Source: the human T2T-CHM13v2.0 reference genome, Homo sapiens
Direction: 5' to 3' (one strand)
NCBI RefSeq assembly: GCF_009914755.1
Contig: NC_060925.1
DNA length: 64,000 bases
The position numbers and the translations under genes were made by a program. Below, piece by piece: positions 34,295 through 53,442 of the stretch (within the stretch, counting starts at the first letter, position 1; every line of letters starts with the position of its first letter). The notes below the pieces were generated by a model. The model saw nothing but the letters and a program-made list of their open reading frames with translations, ran no database searches and was not told the origin of the DNA.

Positions 34295-34744
34295 GCCGTG
34301 TGCGACTGCATCTCCCCAGGCCTCTTCGATGTCCTCACATGGCTGGGTTACTGTAACAGCACCATGAACCCCATCATCTACCCACTCTTCATGCGGGACT
34401 TCAAGCGGGCGCTGGGCAGGTTCCTGCCATGTCCACGCTGTCCCCGGGAGCGCCAGGCCAGCCTGGCCTCGCCATCACTGCGCACCTCTCACAGCGGCCC
34501 CCGGCCCGGCCTTAGCCTACAGCAGGTGCTGCCGCTGCCCCTGCCGCCGGACTCAGATTCGGACTCAGACGCAGGCTCAGGCGGCTCCTCGGGCCTGCGG
34601 CTCACGGCCCAGCTGCTGCTTCCTGGCGAGGCCACCCAGGACCCCCCGCTGCCCACCAGGGCCGCTGCCGCCGTCAATTTCTTCAACATCGACCCCGCGG
34701 AGCCCGAGCTGCGGCCGCATCCACTTGGCATCCCCACGAACTGA
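34295..34744 (+). CDS. HTR6: HTR6 exon 3 (TM7 NPxxY and C-terminal tail)
   Basis: Acceptor cccctccccccag|GCC; AVCDCISPGLFDVLTWLGYCNSTMNPIIYPLF...HPLGIPTN*. Total CDS 1323 nt = 440 aa. Confidence 0.97.
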   Translation, partial: AVCDCISPGLFDVLTWLGYCNSTMNPIIYPLFMRDFKRALGRFLPCPRCPRERQASLASPSLRTSHSGPRPGLSLQQVLPLPLPPDSDSDSDAGSGGSSGLRLTAQLLLPGEATQDPPLPTRAAAAVNFFNIDPAEPELRPHPLGIPTN

Positions 34745-35137
34745 CCCGGGCTTGGGGCTGGCCAATGGGGAGCTGGATTGAGCAGAACCCAGACCCTGAG
34801 TCCTTGGGCCAGCTCTTGGCTAAGACCAGGAGGCTGCAAGTCTCCTAGAAGCCCTCTGAGCTCCAGAGGGGTGCGCAGAGCTGACCCCCTGCTGCCATCT
34901 CCAGGCCCCTTACCTGCAGGGATCATAGCTGACTCAGATATCGTGTTCTGAAGGATGCTCCACTGTTGAGTGTAACTTGTGTGTGCAGAGGATGGGCTGG
35001 AGGACTCTGGATGTTGGGGAGAAGGACCTCTTGGTTCAGGTTAGGATGAAAACAATCATGACCTTTGCCCATTCTGTCAGGCTGGACGGGAGGGAATGCC
35101 CCCACCTGCAGGCATGGATTAATGCTGGGCTGAACCC

Positions 35138-35300
35138 CTTGCTACTCACAGTGTAGTCCATGGACAATCGGCATTGCCGTCACCTTTGGGAGTTTGTGAA
35201 AAATGCACATCTCTGCCCCTGCCCAGACCTGCTGAGTCAGAACTGCATGTTACCAAGATCCCAGGTGAATCATGTGCCCATTACAGTTTGAGATGTGCTG
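35138..35300. mobile_element. MER5A-like hAT DNA transposon in the HTR6 3'UTR
   Basis: ctactcacagtgtagtcc...aaatgca...cccagacctgctgagtcagaactgca...tttgaga, resembling MER5A. Confidence 0.65.
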
Positions 35301-36321
35301 CCTTAGATCATCTTTAACCCTCAGAATGATTTGCTGGATGGTTTTTGGACCTGTCAGTCTCCCCTCCCTGGTATATATGTGGCAGCAGCTGCACCTGGGA
35401 GGCAGGCAGGCATGCATGTGGGCCTCTGCTCTACCACCTATGAGCTCTGGGGCCTGACACGAGTTATTTAACCTCTCCGAGCCTCGGTTATCCCATGTGT
35501 AAGGTAGAGAAATGATGCCTATCTTGCAGGTTGTCTTGAGAATTAAGACAATGTGTGCCCAGCACCCAGTACACGGTCAGTTAATTGGTACGTTCTGTTG
35601 TTACGACCCCCGGCTATCCAGCCCCCTGGCCTCTCCGGCTGTGTGTCAGGAAGGGCTCTTTGCTCCCGTTGTTCTCTTTCCATTTGCCTCCCCCTCTTCA
35701 GCCCTGGCCTAGCCTCCCAAAGCCTGACTCTGGTTCCCCAACTCCCTGTTCTGGCTCCTGGGTGGGGACCCCATCTCTCAGGGACCCTCCCAGCTCCCAA
35801 GCTGCTGCCCTGCCTTTCCTGGGGGCAAAAGGGGCAGGTGGCAGTTTCTTTTTCAGCCTCAGAACTGGTTTTCCTCAATCCTGGGGGGTCCTTGGACCTA
35901 GAAGGGAACAACTGATGGGGATAAACCCAGCCCCTTGCCCACCTGCCTCTGGCCTTCCCTGGGGTCAGTGAGAGAAATGGGAATGGTAGCTACTTGGGTC
36001 AGCAGAGTAGAGTCAAAGAGCTGTTCCTGGTGTGAGGTGGGGCCCACGAGGCAGGCAGGTGGACTCTGGCACAGGGGCCTTGGTTTCTGGGGGCAGGGGG
36101 TTGGGGAACTCTTGGTCGCCAGTTTACCTGCCATAGGTCCCTTTTCAGCCCTGCCTCCCCCAAGTTCCATCAACACAAACTCCCAGGGGGTCCTCCATGC
36201 CTGGCCTGGCCCTCTCCTTGGTGCTGATGAGACACAACTCTGGCCCCGGCGGCTGGCCTCTGAGGGGCCATGGTGCTTGCGGGGCTTCCCCTATCCCCCA
36301 GGTCTGCCCAAGGGGACTCTC

Positions 36322-36327
36322 AATAAA
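36322..36327 (+). terminator. HTR6: HTR6 polyadenylation signal AATAAA
   Basis: First AATAAA I found after the stop codon (about 1.6-kb 3'UTR), followed by GT-rich gtggctgtggtgtgg. Confidence 0.75.
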
Positions 36328-36596
36328 CTCTAGCTGAAGGCAGTGGCTGTGGTGTGGACTGGATTCAACTGAGGGGCCACTCGGGGCTTGAGAAGCAGCT
36401 GGTGTCGTGGGGAGGCCTGGGTGTAGGTGTCCTGGGTTCTGGTCCAGATTCTGCCCCTTCAATCTGGGACCCCAGAAAAATCCTTTCCCCTTTCAGAGCC
36501 TCCATTTCCCATGTATGACATGAGCAGCTTAGTTTAAAAGCAACAAGAGTTGCATAAATACTTGTTTTTAAATTTTGTGTTTTAAGAGTTGGAGTT

Positions 36597-37149
<553 letters not shown>

Positions 37150-37429
37150 TAAATGTGTGTCGAATGAACAAATGAATACACACGCACCTGAGCAGGGATC
37201 TGGCTCCTATGTTCTACGACTCTAATTTTTGCTGCCCTCCTCCCACCTCCCCCAGAGCTTGTCAATCCTTCCTCTGCCTGGGCCTTGATTTCTCCATCTG
37301 CACAACAAGGGTGCATTATCTCTGGCCCTGCCATTCAGGGACTGTGGGAGGAACAAAGAGGAAAGCTCTCACGGATGCAGACCCAGTGGCTTGGGACTTG
37401 GGCATTAGAGTCTGACATACAGGGGCCTG

Positions 37430-37640
37430 GAACTTGGCTCCATCGTTAACCAGCTGTTTGGCCTTCAGCAGGTTACCTGATCCCTCTGAGCCTCAGTTTC
37501 CCCAAATATAAAATGAAGATAATAATAGTCCCTACCTCATAGGATTGCTGTGAATTCCAACTGACACAACCCAGGCAACCACTTGGTATGTGGTACATGC
37601 TCAAGAAGTGGTAGCTTCTTCTTATTATTATTTATTGCTG
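37430..37640 (+). mobile_element. MIR element
   Basis: ctctgagcctcagtttcccc...aaaatg...taataatagtccctacctcataggattgctgtg core, ending in a (TTA)n tail. Confidence 0.7.
37631..37636 (-). terminator. TMCO4: TMCO4 distal polyA signal (AATAAA on minus strand)
   Basis: TTTATT on + strand, about 780 nt past the TMCO4 stop. Confidence 0.6.
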
Positions 37641-38003
37641 TTGTTATCCCCTCTGTTCCTGCTACAGGAAATTCTTTCCATGTAAAATTCATTCTTGTCC
37701 CCAGGCCTAGTTCACAGCCATACTGAATGCAATTCAGCATGTATTCACCATGCTCTGTTAGTGGTGTCCAGATGTTGCATGACGGGGGAGCACACTCACA
37801 TTGTGTCTGTGTGACTCATGTCCCTGGAGTTATGCAGCGCACAGCCTACATGGCTGTACAGGGCAGATCTGATTGGATCTCCTAAGAGCAGGAGTGAGCT
37901 GCCTTCTTTGTACCTGCGCCTGCTCTGTTGCTGCCAGTTGATGGTGCCTGTCAGCTGGTGGGCAGCCCTGGAGTGTGGATGGAAGAACAGGCATGCACCT
38001 GGT

Positions 38004-38009
38004 TTTATT
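38004..38009 (-). terminator. TMCO4: TMCO4 proximal polyA signal (AATAAA on minus strand)
   Basis: TTTATT on + strand, about 410 nt past the TMCO4 stop. Confidence 0.5.
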
Positions 38010-38415
38010 GAGGCCAGGGGAGAGCTGGTGTGGGAGCCTCAGGCCCCAGAGAGCCCTCGGGACCTCCTGATGGACAGCCAGACTCCAAAGCTATGAGAAG
38101 TACAGAAAGCCCACAGTTGGTTTCCGGTCCTGGGACTCTAACCTGTGCTTGGTTGACTCTGCAGGTCTCTGATGAGGGGGCAGCTGCTCCCTGGTGGGGC
38201 TCCTCTGGGGACAGGCAGCTTCCCAAGGGTGGGCGTGTTCTCTCCTCCAAATTCCCCTTCCTTCCATTTCCTTTCCCTTTCAGTTCCAATTCCTTCCATT
38301 TAGGAAAGAGGCCTGTGGAAATCCTGTACCTCCAGAGCTCCTGGGAGGAACCCGAGGGTATAAGAGAGAGCTGCATATGGAGACTGGGGAAGACGGCTCA
38401 GGTCCCCTGCTGTGG

Positions 38416-38820
38416 TCAGTCCAGCCCCGTGCTGGGGCCCTGGGTCTTGCAGGCACAATCGGGGCAGCCCAGTGGGTTGGGGTCCATGCCATGGCTGCAG
38501 ATGGGGGGCCTTTCAGGGCTGGCAGCAGCAGGAAGGGAGGCCCCTTCAGACTGGTCCAGCCCTACTGGCACCTGGGCTTGGCTGGGGTCTGTGGACATGG
38601 CCAATTTGGAGGTGTCTCCGGATATGGGACCCTGGGTTTGCCCAACCTGGTGGGGGGTCTCGCCTGATGAGGCGGCAGCTGCTGCCTGGCGAGGCTCCTC
38701 GGAGGGCAGGCAGCCTGGGGCCAGCAAGAGCCCCTTCTCGTCCCAGCCTGGCTTGGTGCGGATGCCCACGGCCTTCAGGATGGCATCCATCTGCTTGGCA
38801 TAGTCCAGGTGGCCGCTGAC
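38416..38820 (-). CDS. TMCO4: TMCO4 terminal coding exon
   Basis: Acceptor tctcctgcag|GTC; VSGHLDYAKQMDAILKAVGIRTKPGWDEKG...CPDCACKTQGPSTGLD*; 405 nt, phase 0. Confidence 0.93.
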   Translation of the reverse strand, partial: VSGHLDYAKQMDAILKAVGIRTKPGWDEKGLLLAPGCLPSEEPRQAAAAASSGETPHQVGQTQGPISGDTSKLAMSTDPSQAQVPVGLDQSEGASLPAAASPERPPICSHGMDPNPLGCPDCACKTQGPSTGLD

Positions 38821-39131
38821 CTGCAGGAGACAGTGAGTGAGCACCACCGTGGGTGTGCAGAGCCCAGCCCTCCCCAGGGACCTCCGGCCAAACTTCTGGG
38901 CCTCAGCCTTGCCCTGAGCATCCACAGCCAACGAATCACCAAACCCATGACTCCATCCCTCAGTGGCTCTCAAATCCAGAGTGGGTGGGAAGGCTCTATG
39001 TTCAAAGCTGTTCTAGAATTTATTAAATAAAGATGAAGGATGTTTCTCTAAAAAATCTGGATCCTTTTGGGGCAGGAAGGAATCTCCTGATAAACAGAAA
39101 GGTGGAGTAGAAGCTCTCGTTCTTTGTCTGA

Positions 39132-42760
<3,629 letters not shown>

Positions 42761-45240
42761 CCCAAACACTTTTAAAGAGACATCATGCAATTTGAGTTAG
42801 TGATACCTACCTAAAGGAGTTGCTGGGAAGAAATAATACAAACCATGAAGCACAGTGCCTGGCACCCCAGGAGGTACTCTGTAAATATGAGTTCCCTTAC
42901 CTTAGTTTCCTACGAGTGGGGGATGGAGAGTAGGGAGTTAGCTGGGCTGATCCATTTGGGAGCCCAAGATGGCTGCTCAAGCTCCAGCCATCACATCTGA
43001 ATTCCAGCCAGCAGAAACTTCAGACCCACAGGGACAAGTGATAACTGCCTCTCTAAGGACAAACAAGAACTGCCTCCCTATACCTTTTTAATGTTGTAGA
43101 TGGCTGGTGCCAGTGCTGGGTAGAAACAGGCCAGGAAGGAAGGGAGGTGTTGGTACCCACTGGCTGCAGCTGATACCAGATGGAAATTCCACTGAGAGCT
43201 GTCCTAGAACACACAGCTCTGGCCCTCCTCGACTACAAGTTGGTCTGGGTCTCAGGCAACCCTAGTCCCTGAGCCACCCCTCTGCAAAGACCCAGGGGAG
43301 CAGTTGCTGGGCAGAGCTCTGGTTTTACAGTTAGCTGGAGAGATGAGAGAAGAGGGGTGAGGCAGGTCGGGAAAGAGCCTCTTCTCAGCACCAGAAAGTT
43401 CTGGTGTAGCCGATACTGCGTGAAGATTCAGCCCCTGACCATCTCCCAGGCTGTCTTGATTGAATCTGCCAGCTGCCTGGATACACGCCGGATGTGACTG
43501 GCGTGCAGAAGCCTTCCGTGGCTTCCCGTGTTGGCAGGGGCCTCTGTGGACACCCTGTGATGGCACTCATAACCTGTCATCGTCACATGCTCATGAGGTT
43601 GCGTTCCCTGATAAACTGAGCGCAGGGGAGCAGAGACCACTTCTCACTCACCTCTGTGCCCCACAGCCAGCCCCGCACATCGTGGGGTTTCCGTGGGAAC
43701 CAGATCCCTGCAGGTACAAATGGGGCCCAGCCCTTCCTGTTTCCTGCCTCAAAAGACACCCCAACTTACCCAAACAGAGGCTGCCATCACCCACCTCCAT
43801 CTGCCCCAGTGACTCCTTCCAAGCCCATCAGGCCCCTTTGGGTTCTTTCACTTCTTGGACCTCAATTTCCTCATGTATAAAATGAGGCTAATAAAGAGAC
43901 CTATACCACGTGGGCTGGCTGTGTGGCTTTGATAATACATGTAACAGGCTTATTGGCACAGGGTTAGAGGCCACTACCAGAAGCTACAGAGATGTGTGAA
44001 TGCAGGCAGTACTGAAGCAGTGGTTAACAGCCCAGGTTCATCCGGCTCTACCACTCACATGCCGTGGCACCGCCTGCAGCCTCAGTTTTCACACCTGTAC
44101 AACGGGTTACTACCACTATGCAGGACCTCTATGAGGATCAAATGACTTACCCCGTAAAACATGTGAGTTGTTGGCTACTGCGGTTATTATCAAGTATCTA
44201 CTTTGTGCCAAGCCTTTTGCTAAGTTCTAGGCCACCTGGCATTTCTGCTGGGACATGGAGAATCTTGCCGTGGGTTGGATCTCTGTGCCCCAGAAGCCTC
44301 ATGAGTTGGTCCCTGGGGTGGCAAATCCCCCACCCACTGTAACCTTGTCCCTGTGAGGAGAGACTGAGGGGCAGGAGGGCAGCTTCATTCACCCCAGAGA
44401 TGCGCCCTGCCTGCAACAGGGCCAGCCCAGTGGGATGATCACAAAGGGCCCTGCTGCGTGGTTGGCCCAGCAGGGAGAAGACAGGTCCTGTGGGTCTCTG
44501 TTGGGAGCAGAGGGTGGCCAGCATTTCCCCAACAGCCGTAATGAAACCTCCCTTGCCAGCAACTTCTCCAGCAAAGCATTTTCAAGGAAAACAGGAGGCC
44601 AGCACAAAGGCAGTGCTAATTACCTCTAATTACCCAGAAGAGGAAAGCACTGTTTTTTGTGATGTACTCCTAATGTGATAAAGAGCTATTATTAGGCAGG
44701 AGCTGGGAAGCTGCCACGAAGACAGCCTGAGGAGGGAGCGGAGTCTCCAAAACTGCTGGTCCCAGAGGCAAACAAACTGGGGGTGGTGGCAGGGGCAGGC
44801 CGGGAGGGACTAGGATTAAAGGAGGGCCTACTATGCACCAAGCATCTTACATGCGCTGCCCTGGAAGTTAGGCGTTTCCACCATTTCCTAGATGAGGACA
44901 CTGAGACACAGAGAGGTTAAGTAACTGGCCCAAGGTCACACAGCCAGTAAACCAGTGGCAGAGCCAGGATTCTAAGCCATGCCTCTCTGGTGCCAAAGGC
45001 TGTGCTCTTCCTACCATATCCCATTCCCAGTAGAAATCAGATCTTGTGAGGGCTTTGCAGCATTAAAAGCTACTTTCTTCAGCAGATGCTTTTTATCTCT
45101 GATTCTTCTGGCAAAGGGAGACTCCTGGGGTGCTGAGGCACAAAGTCCCTGCTCCCTTTCACCCCATTCAGGGTGCAGGCACCTTGAATAGGACAGAGAG
45201 CCCTGGACATGGGTCAGGAGGCATCAGCTCTGAGCCCTGT

Positions 45241-46022
45241 TGATGGTGACAGGAGGCAGCCAAATGCCTAGGCAGACGGGGTGGGTCCCTGGTGAAACCC
45301 CACCTTCAAGCCAAAAAAACAGCCTGAAGGCTGAAAGACTGGACTGCTGGTCCCACATGAAACCTGTGACCCAGAGTGAGAACTTCTGTTCCTGTTTGCC
45401 CACACTTCCCCTATTCTGAGCCCATAAAAGCCCCAGACTCAGCCACATTGTGGGGACTTTCCTGCCTTTGGGTAGGGGAACCATCCACTCATCCCCTCTC
45501 TGCAAAAAGCTGTTTCATCACTCAATAAAACTCCTCGCCTTGCTCACTCTTCAATTATCAGCGTGTCCTCATTCTTCTTGGATGCTGGACAAGAGCTTGG
45601 GACCCACTGAGTGTGGGTACCCAGAAAGGCTGTCATACTGGCCTTTTGCCCTCATCAGTGGAGGGCAGCTGCCCCACGTGATGGGGTCAGGGGCCGACTG
45701 AGCTGTTAATACACCACCGTCTATTGGGCCGTCAATGGTGGAACTAAAACAGCTAATTAGCACACTAACGCCCCCTCTGGGGCTTCAGGGTTGTGGGTAC
45801 CCCTGCCCAGGTGCTGCCACTTTCCCCTCGAGGCAACACGCCTGGTCTGGCCACAGGCCCAGCATGGAGCTTGCTCTTGTGTCGGTGTTTGGAGTGGTCA
45901 GCCAGAGCCCACACTTGCTCATTCATGTGCTTCCTCCTGCAAGGGGCTGAGTGTGGTGGACCGAGTAGATGGGGTGCCCCTGCTGCAAGTGTGGCCAAGG
46001 GGCTGAGAGAAAATTCCTGTCA
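45241..46022 (+). mobile_element. Solo ERV1-class LTR (LTR27/LTR28/MER52-like group)
   Basis: Starts TG, ends CA, 4-bp TSD CTGT (45237-45240 and 46023-46026), TATA-like CATAAAA near 45423, AATAAA 45524-45529. Subfamily judged by resemblance only. Confidence 0.8.
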
Positions 46023-46235
46023 CTGTGGTTTGCTGGTCTTGTGACTCAGCTTACCTCATTCCCACAGAGAAGTGGGCAGCACAGCTTCCAAGCTGGGCTC
46101 AGAGTCCAGACCTACAACTCTGGCTATGACTCCATGCTCCCAAGTCTCAGTTTCCCAATCTATGATCTGGGGATGCTTAATACCTCCTCTAGGGAGTTGC
46201 GAGGTTTACAGCATGTGAGCCAAGTCTATCTGTGA

Positions 46236-46542
<307 letters not shown>

Positions 46543-47121
46543 CCTGTGAAGACTCTTTAACCAGGAGCAACCAGTTTCATAAATGGATGAGCCTAGAAAT
46601 GACTCTTATTCTACCCCAGTCCCCAAAGCTCCCAGTTAGGAAGGCACAGGGTGGCTTCATTTGTGATCCTCTGGTGGGTTAGGAATTTTGTCTTAAGGCC
46701 CTGGAAGTTTAGGGGTGAAGATACAAGTGAACTGGCCCCAGCGACCTGGTGTCAGGCCAGGTGAGAGGCCCAGGTGACCTCTGGGCAGGGACATGGCTGA
46801 CAGACTTTATGGACAGCAGCACCTGGTGAAGTTTTGATTTTGTTTTTTTGTGCAATAATTCCCCCATGTTATCAAATGCTCAGTCAAGTCTCAAAACACA
46901 TGCAGCCCAGTGTGAGCCACACTGTGGTGGCACGGGTGGGTCTGAGGCCTAGCTTCATTGGCCATTGAGATGCAGTGGTGGAGTGATCAGAACAGGCAGC
47001 TGCTGATCCTGAATGGGGAAGCCAGAATGCCCCTCAAACCAGGGGATTTTTAGATGCCCAGAAAGGAGTCTAGTCTGTCTGCAGGAAGCAGCTGCTCAAA
47101 CAACCATGAGTGGAAACTGGG

Positions 47122-47480
47122 TGATATGGTTTAACTGTGTCCCCACCCAAATCTCATCTTGAATTGTACTCTCATAAATCCTATGTGTTGTGGGAGGGAC
47201 CCAGTGGGAGATAATTGAATCATAGGGGTGGTTTCCCCCAACCTGTTCTCATGGTAGTGAATACGTCTCCTGAGATCCAATGGTTTTATAAGGAGAAACC
47301 CCTTTCACTTGGTTCTCTTCTCTGTCTTGCCTGCTGCCATGTAAGACGTGCCTTTCACCTTCCGCCATGATTGTGAGGCCTCCCCAGCCACGTGAAATTG
47401 AGTCCATTAAACCTCTTTTTCTTTATAAATTACCCAGTCTTGGTATGTCTTTATCAGCAGCGTGAAAATGGACTAATACA
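47122..47480 (+). mobile_element. THE1 (MaLR) solo LTR, THE1B/C-like
   Basis: tgatatggttt...ccccacccaaatctcatcttgaattgta...gtgaaaatggactaataca; 5-bp TSD CTGGG. Confidence 0.9.
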
Positions 47481-47738
47481 CTGGGTTACATGTGGGAAGC
47501 ACTTGGCACTTGATAAATGGCAGCCAGCAACATAATAACTAGAAACCAAAGATTTTGTTCTCAGGGTCCCCTGATTGCTGAAGTCGGCTTGTGCTTGTAG
47601 TTACAGCTTATTCCTTATTCCTCCCCTCCCCGCCTCCCCCTATGGAGCACCTCTCCCACTGGTTCTCATATCTACCTGGGCTGGGGCTACATCTATTGGC
47701 TTCAGACCTGGGTTTGAGTCCTGCTTTGCCATGTTTCA

Positions 47739-48880
<1,142 letters not shown>

Positions 48881-49394
48881 AATTCAAGTTGGGTTTGTGT
48901 GGCTGCCCAGCAGGTGCCCTCCCACTCCATTCACTGCAAGAATTCTTTCTGACCATCTGCCCCTGCACCCCAGCCTAGTTTTAGCTGCATGGGAACCCTT
49001 AGGAGTATGTTTAAAATGTGGACTCATGGCTCTGCCCCTAGAGACTGATGTAGAAGTTTTGGGCAGTGGGGCCCTGGGCTCTGCATTTTAAAGATTCCCC
49101 AGATGTCCCGCTCTGCATCCCATCTTTCCACAGCCTAGCAGGCAGGTGCTTCTGCTTTTGGTCTAGCCTAAAGCCCTCCACCTGTGTCCCCTGCTTGCTC
49201 CAGCTGCTTCTCGCAGAAACATACAGTCCTGACTAGTGAGCTGAGATGGGGCTGTTGGGGAGCCCTGGGTGGGGGGGACTCGGGAGTGGGGAACGGCAGT
49301 AATACAGGAGCAAGAGTGAGGGCTCTGGAGGTTCAAATCCAATCCTGTTCCTGTTAATTGCTAGTTGTATATCTATGTGTGTTTTTGCTTTTTA

Positions 49395-49675
<281 letters not shown>

Positions 49676-49808
49676 TCCAAATAAATTCTTATGATCTTTC
49701 TCCTGTGGCGTGGACCAGGCTGGGGCCACTGTCTCCAGGGGACAGGGGTGGCTGGGCTGGAGCAACTAAGCAAACGCAAAGCCCCAGGAGGAACAGGCCG
49801 ACACTCAC

Positions 49809-49926
49809 CACAGAGGTCAGGTCCACGTTCTCCACCCTCCTGTCCTGCAGCAGCACGGGCTGTAGGCCGGCGACACGGAGCTGCACCGAGGATGTGCGGT
49901 ACACGAAACTCAGCAGCCAGTCTCCC
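49809..49926 (-). CDS. TMCO4: TMCO4 penultimate coding exon
   Basis: Acceptor ccctcccacag|G, donor GTG|GTGAGT; (R)[39 protein letters not shown]; 118 nt, phase 2 to 0. Confidence 0.93.
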
Positions 49927-51646
49927 CTGTGGGAGGGTAGAGAAGCATGTGAACATTAGCACCAGCCTCGGACAGCCCAAGGACAGGACGGGCCAGGCTG
50001 CCTCCTGGGGAAGCCAGGTGGGAATGGAGCTTCTGGGGGAAAACAGGGCCCCTGATTGCACGGTGGGGATGGAAGATGAAGCAGCCACAGCTGATGCTTT
50101 TGGAGCCTGGCCTGGGTGCCAGGCATGGTGTGCAGGGCTATGCACAAGCACCAGGTAGCTCCATGAAGGCGGCCTGCTTTGTTCCCAGCTGGGTCTCCAG
50201 AGCTAAGAACAGTGTCTGGCATGCAATAGAGGAATATCTGCTGAATGAATGAATGAATGAGGAATCTGGATAAAGTTCTCAAAAAGTCACCATGTGGCTC
50301 AGGAGAGCTACTCCCAGCTCGGGAAAGGTGGCTTGTCCAGGGCTCCCTGGAAAAAGAAAAGCAGAGAAGGTCCACCTGTGAGGAGGGGAGGAACTCTGGG
50401 GTCTAGGCGACCTATCTGTGAGCTGAAGGGACCAGCTTGGCCTTCCCAGGACAGGCTCAGCCCAGGCTGCAGGTCTCCCTGCCCTCAGGCAGCAGAGGAG
50501 GCGAGGGTGGTTGTCCAGGCAGTCACAGCGCTGGGAACATTCCTCTACTTTCAGGGGTGCTGTGACCCCACTCCGTGAACCTGGCCCCAGCCAAACACTG
50601 CCCCTACACTATCCAGAAGAAATGACCTCGGACCCTCTGCTGCCCATTGCTTCAGGTGCAATGAGCACTGTCTACAGAGGACATGGTCTGAGGGGCCCCT
50701 TGAAGCAGCCTTCCCTCGCAAACCCTTGAACTGTCTTGGGATGCAGCTGGGCCATCCCAGAGCCATGCCCTCGGGCCTTGCCGCCCAGCAAGTCTGCGCA
50801 CAGGCAAGCTTCTGTTCTCCCCTCTGCACCCCAGGCTCAGATCCAACTCAGCCCATTCTGCTGTCTTTTATGTGGACTAAATACATGGTGTTATTTTTGC
50901 ACACTGGTTGATCTGAAAGAAGGGTCCTCCCTCACTGTAGAGGGATAAGAATGGCTGAGAGATAGGAGGCTGGGGTTGGAATCCTGGTGGCCCTGTCTAT
51001 GTGCCCTGCTGTGTGACCACAGGCAAGTCCCCCACCTGTCTGGGACACAGGGCATGGTGGTGCTCTCTAGGCTCCTCCAAGCTCTGACCCTCTGTGGTCT
51101 CTGAGCACCTGGGTTTGTGAGTGGGTACCACTCTGAAAACCCCCAGGAGGACTGGGTCCCTGAGCTAAGGGGTCCTCTACAGACTCTCCTGCTGTGTCCC
51201 GAAGTGAGATCATCCGTCCCTAACTCCTTCCCCACTGTAATCTGCCCAGTCCTTCAAGTAGAAACCAATGTCTTGGGTGCCTCCTCCCTATGGCCAACGT
51301 ATCAGAGTCCTCCCAGTTCTTCCTCCCCTCTCCCCTCCAATACCTGCCCCTTGTGGTCAAGCCCTGAGAGCAGGCAATCCTCCCTCCCCGCCCCATGGAT
51401 GAATGCGACGGCCTCTGCACCGCACTCCCTGCTCCTGGCCTCACCTACCTTGAGCCACTGGAGTCTTCCTAGAACACCCATCTGACCACTGTGCTCCCTT
51501 ATAAGCAGACCATAGCTCTCCATTACCTATGGGCTTTCTCATCTAGACAATTCCTTCAGTCTCTCCAGAGAGCAATGCTTTCAGGTACCGATGATTATCC
51601 TAATATTGAGGGTCCAAGAAGCACTGTCTAAGAATGGACGGTTGCA

Positions 51647-51972
51647 GGGCGCGGTGGCTCACGCCTGTAATCCCAGCATTTTGGGAGGCTGAGGTGGGAG
51701 GATTGCTCGGGCCCAGGCATTTGAGACCAGCCTAGGCAACACAGGGAGACCCCATCTCTACAAAACACACAAAAATTAGCTGGGCATGGTGGTGTGTGCC
51801 TGTGGTCCCAGCTACTTGGGAGGCTGAGGCAGGAGGATCATCTAAGCCCAAGGCAGTTGAGGCTGCAGTGAGCCATGGTTGTACCACTGCACTTCAGCCT
51901 GGGCAACAGAGTGAGACCTTGTCTCAAAAAACAAAAAACAAAAAACTAAAATAAAAAAAATTAAAAAAAAAA
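51647..51972 (+). mobile_element. AluJ-like element
   Basis: Full Alu dimer with A-rich tail. Confidence 0.87.
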
Positions 51973-52485
51973 AGGATGGCTAGAGGGAGAAAAGGGAGAT
52001 CAATTCAAGTTATTTTATTGAACTATTTATAAGAATCCAGTGCATCAAATACTGGATATGAGGATGGTCAGGAAATGTTTCCAATACAGCTGGGTATAAA
52101 TGAGCAAAGACAGCATCATTCCTCCAAAATTATTTCTGTTGTAATTATGACAACATTTTAGTTAAAATGTGAATTACATGTATTTATACACATGTAGGGG
52201 CAGAGCAGGAACACAGATTAGAAGGTTCTGTACCCTCTCACTGTGCTGAGCAAACCATGGGCCTTCACTGGCATTCAAGACCTTCTCCACCCGGCTCTGG
52301 ACCATACAGAGCCAGGTTCATTTCCTGCCTTGTCAATTATGAGCTGTGTGACCTTGGACAGGTTGCTTGACCTTTCTGAGCCTCAGTCTCCTCAGGTTAT
52401 CTTAGCTTTCAGCATTGGCGGGAGCATTAACTGAGGGGGGACATGTATACACAGGTGTTCAGGGAGCCGCGGGCATGACTATTAG

Positions 52486-53442
<957 letters not shown>

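Noticed and set aside
38030-38803. 257-aa plus-strand ORF
   Set aside because: Antisense shadow of the TMCO4 last exon and 3'UTR; non-ATG start.
49956-49978. RE1-like half sites TTAGCACC...GGACAGCCC (also TCAGGATCCACGGACAGC at 60140)
   Set aside because: Non-canonical spacing and mismatched left halves; too weak to call without ChIP data.
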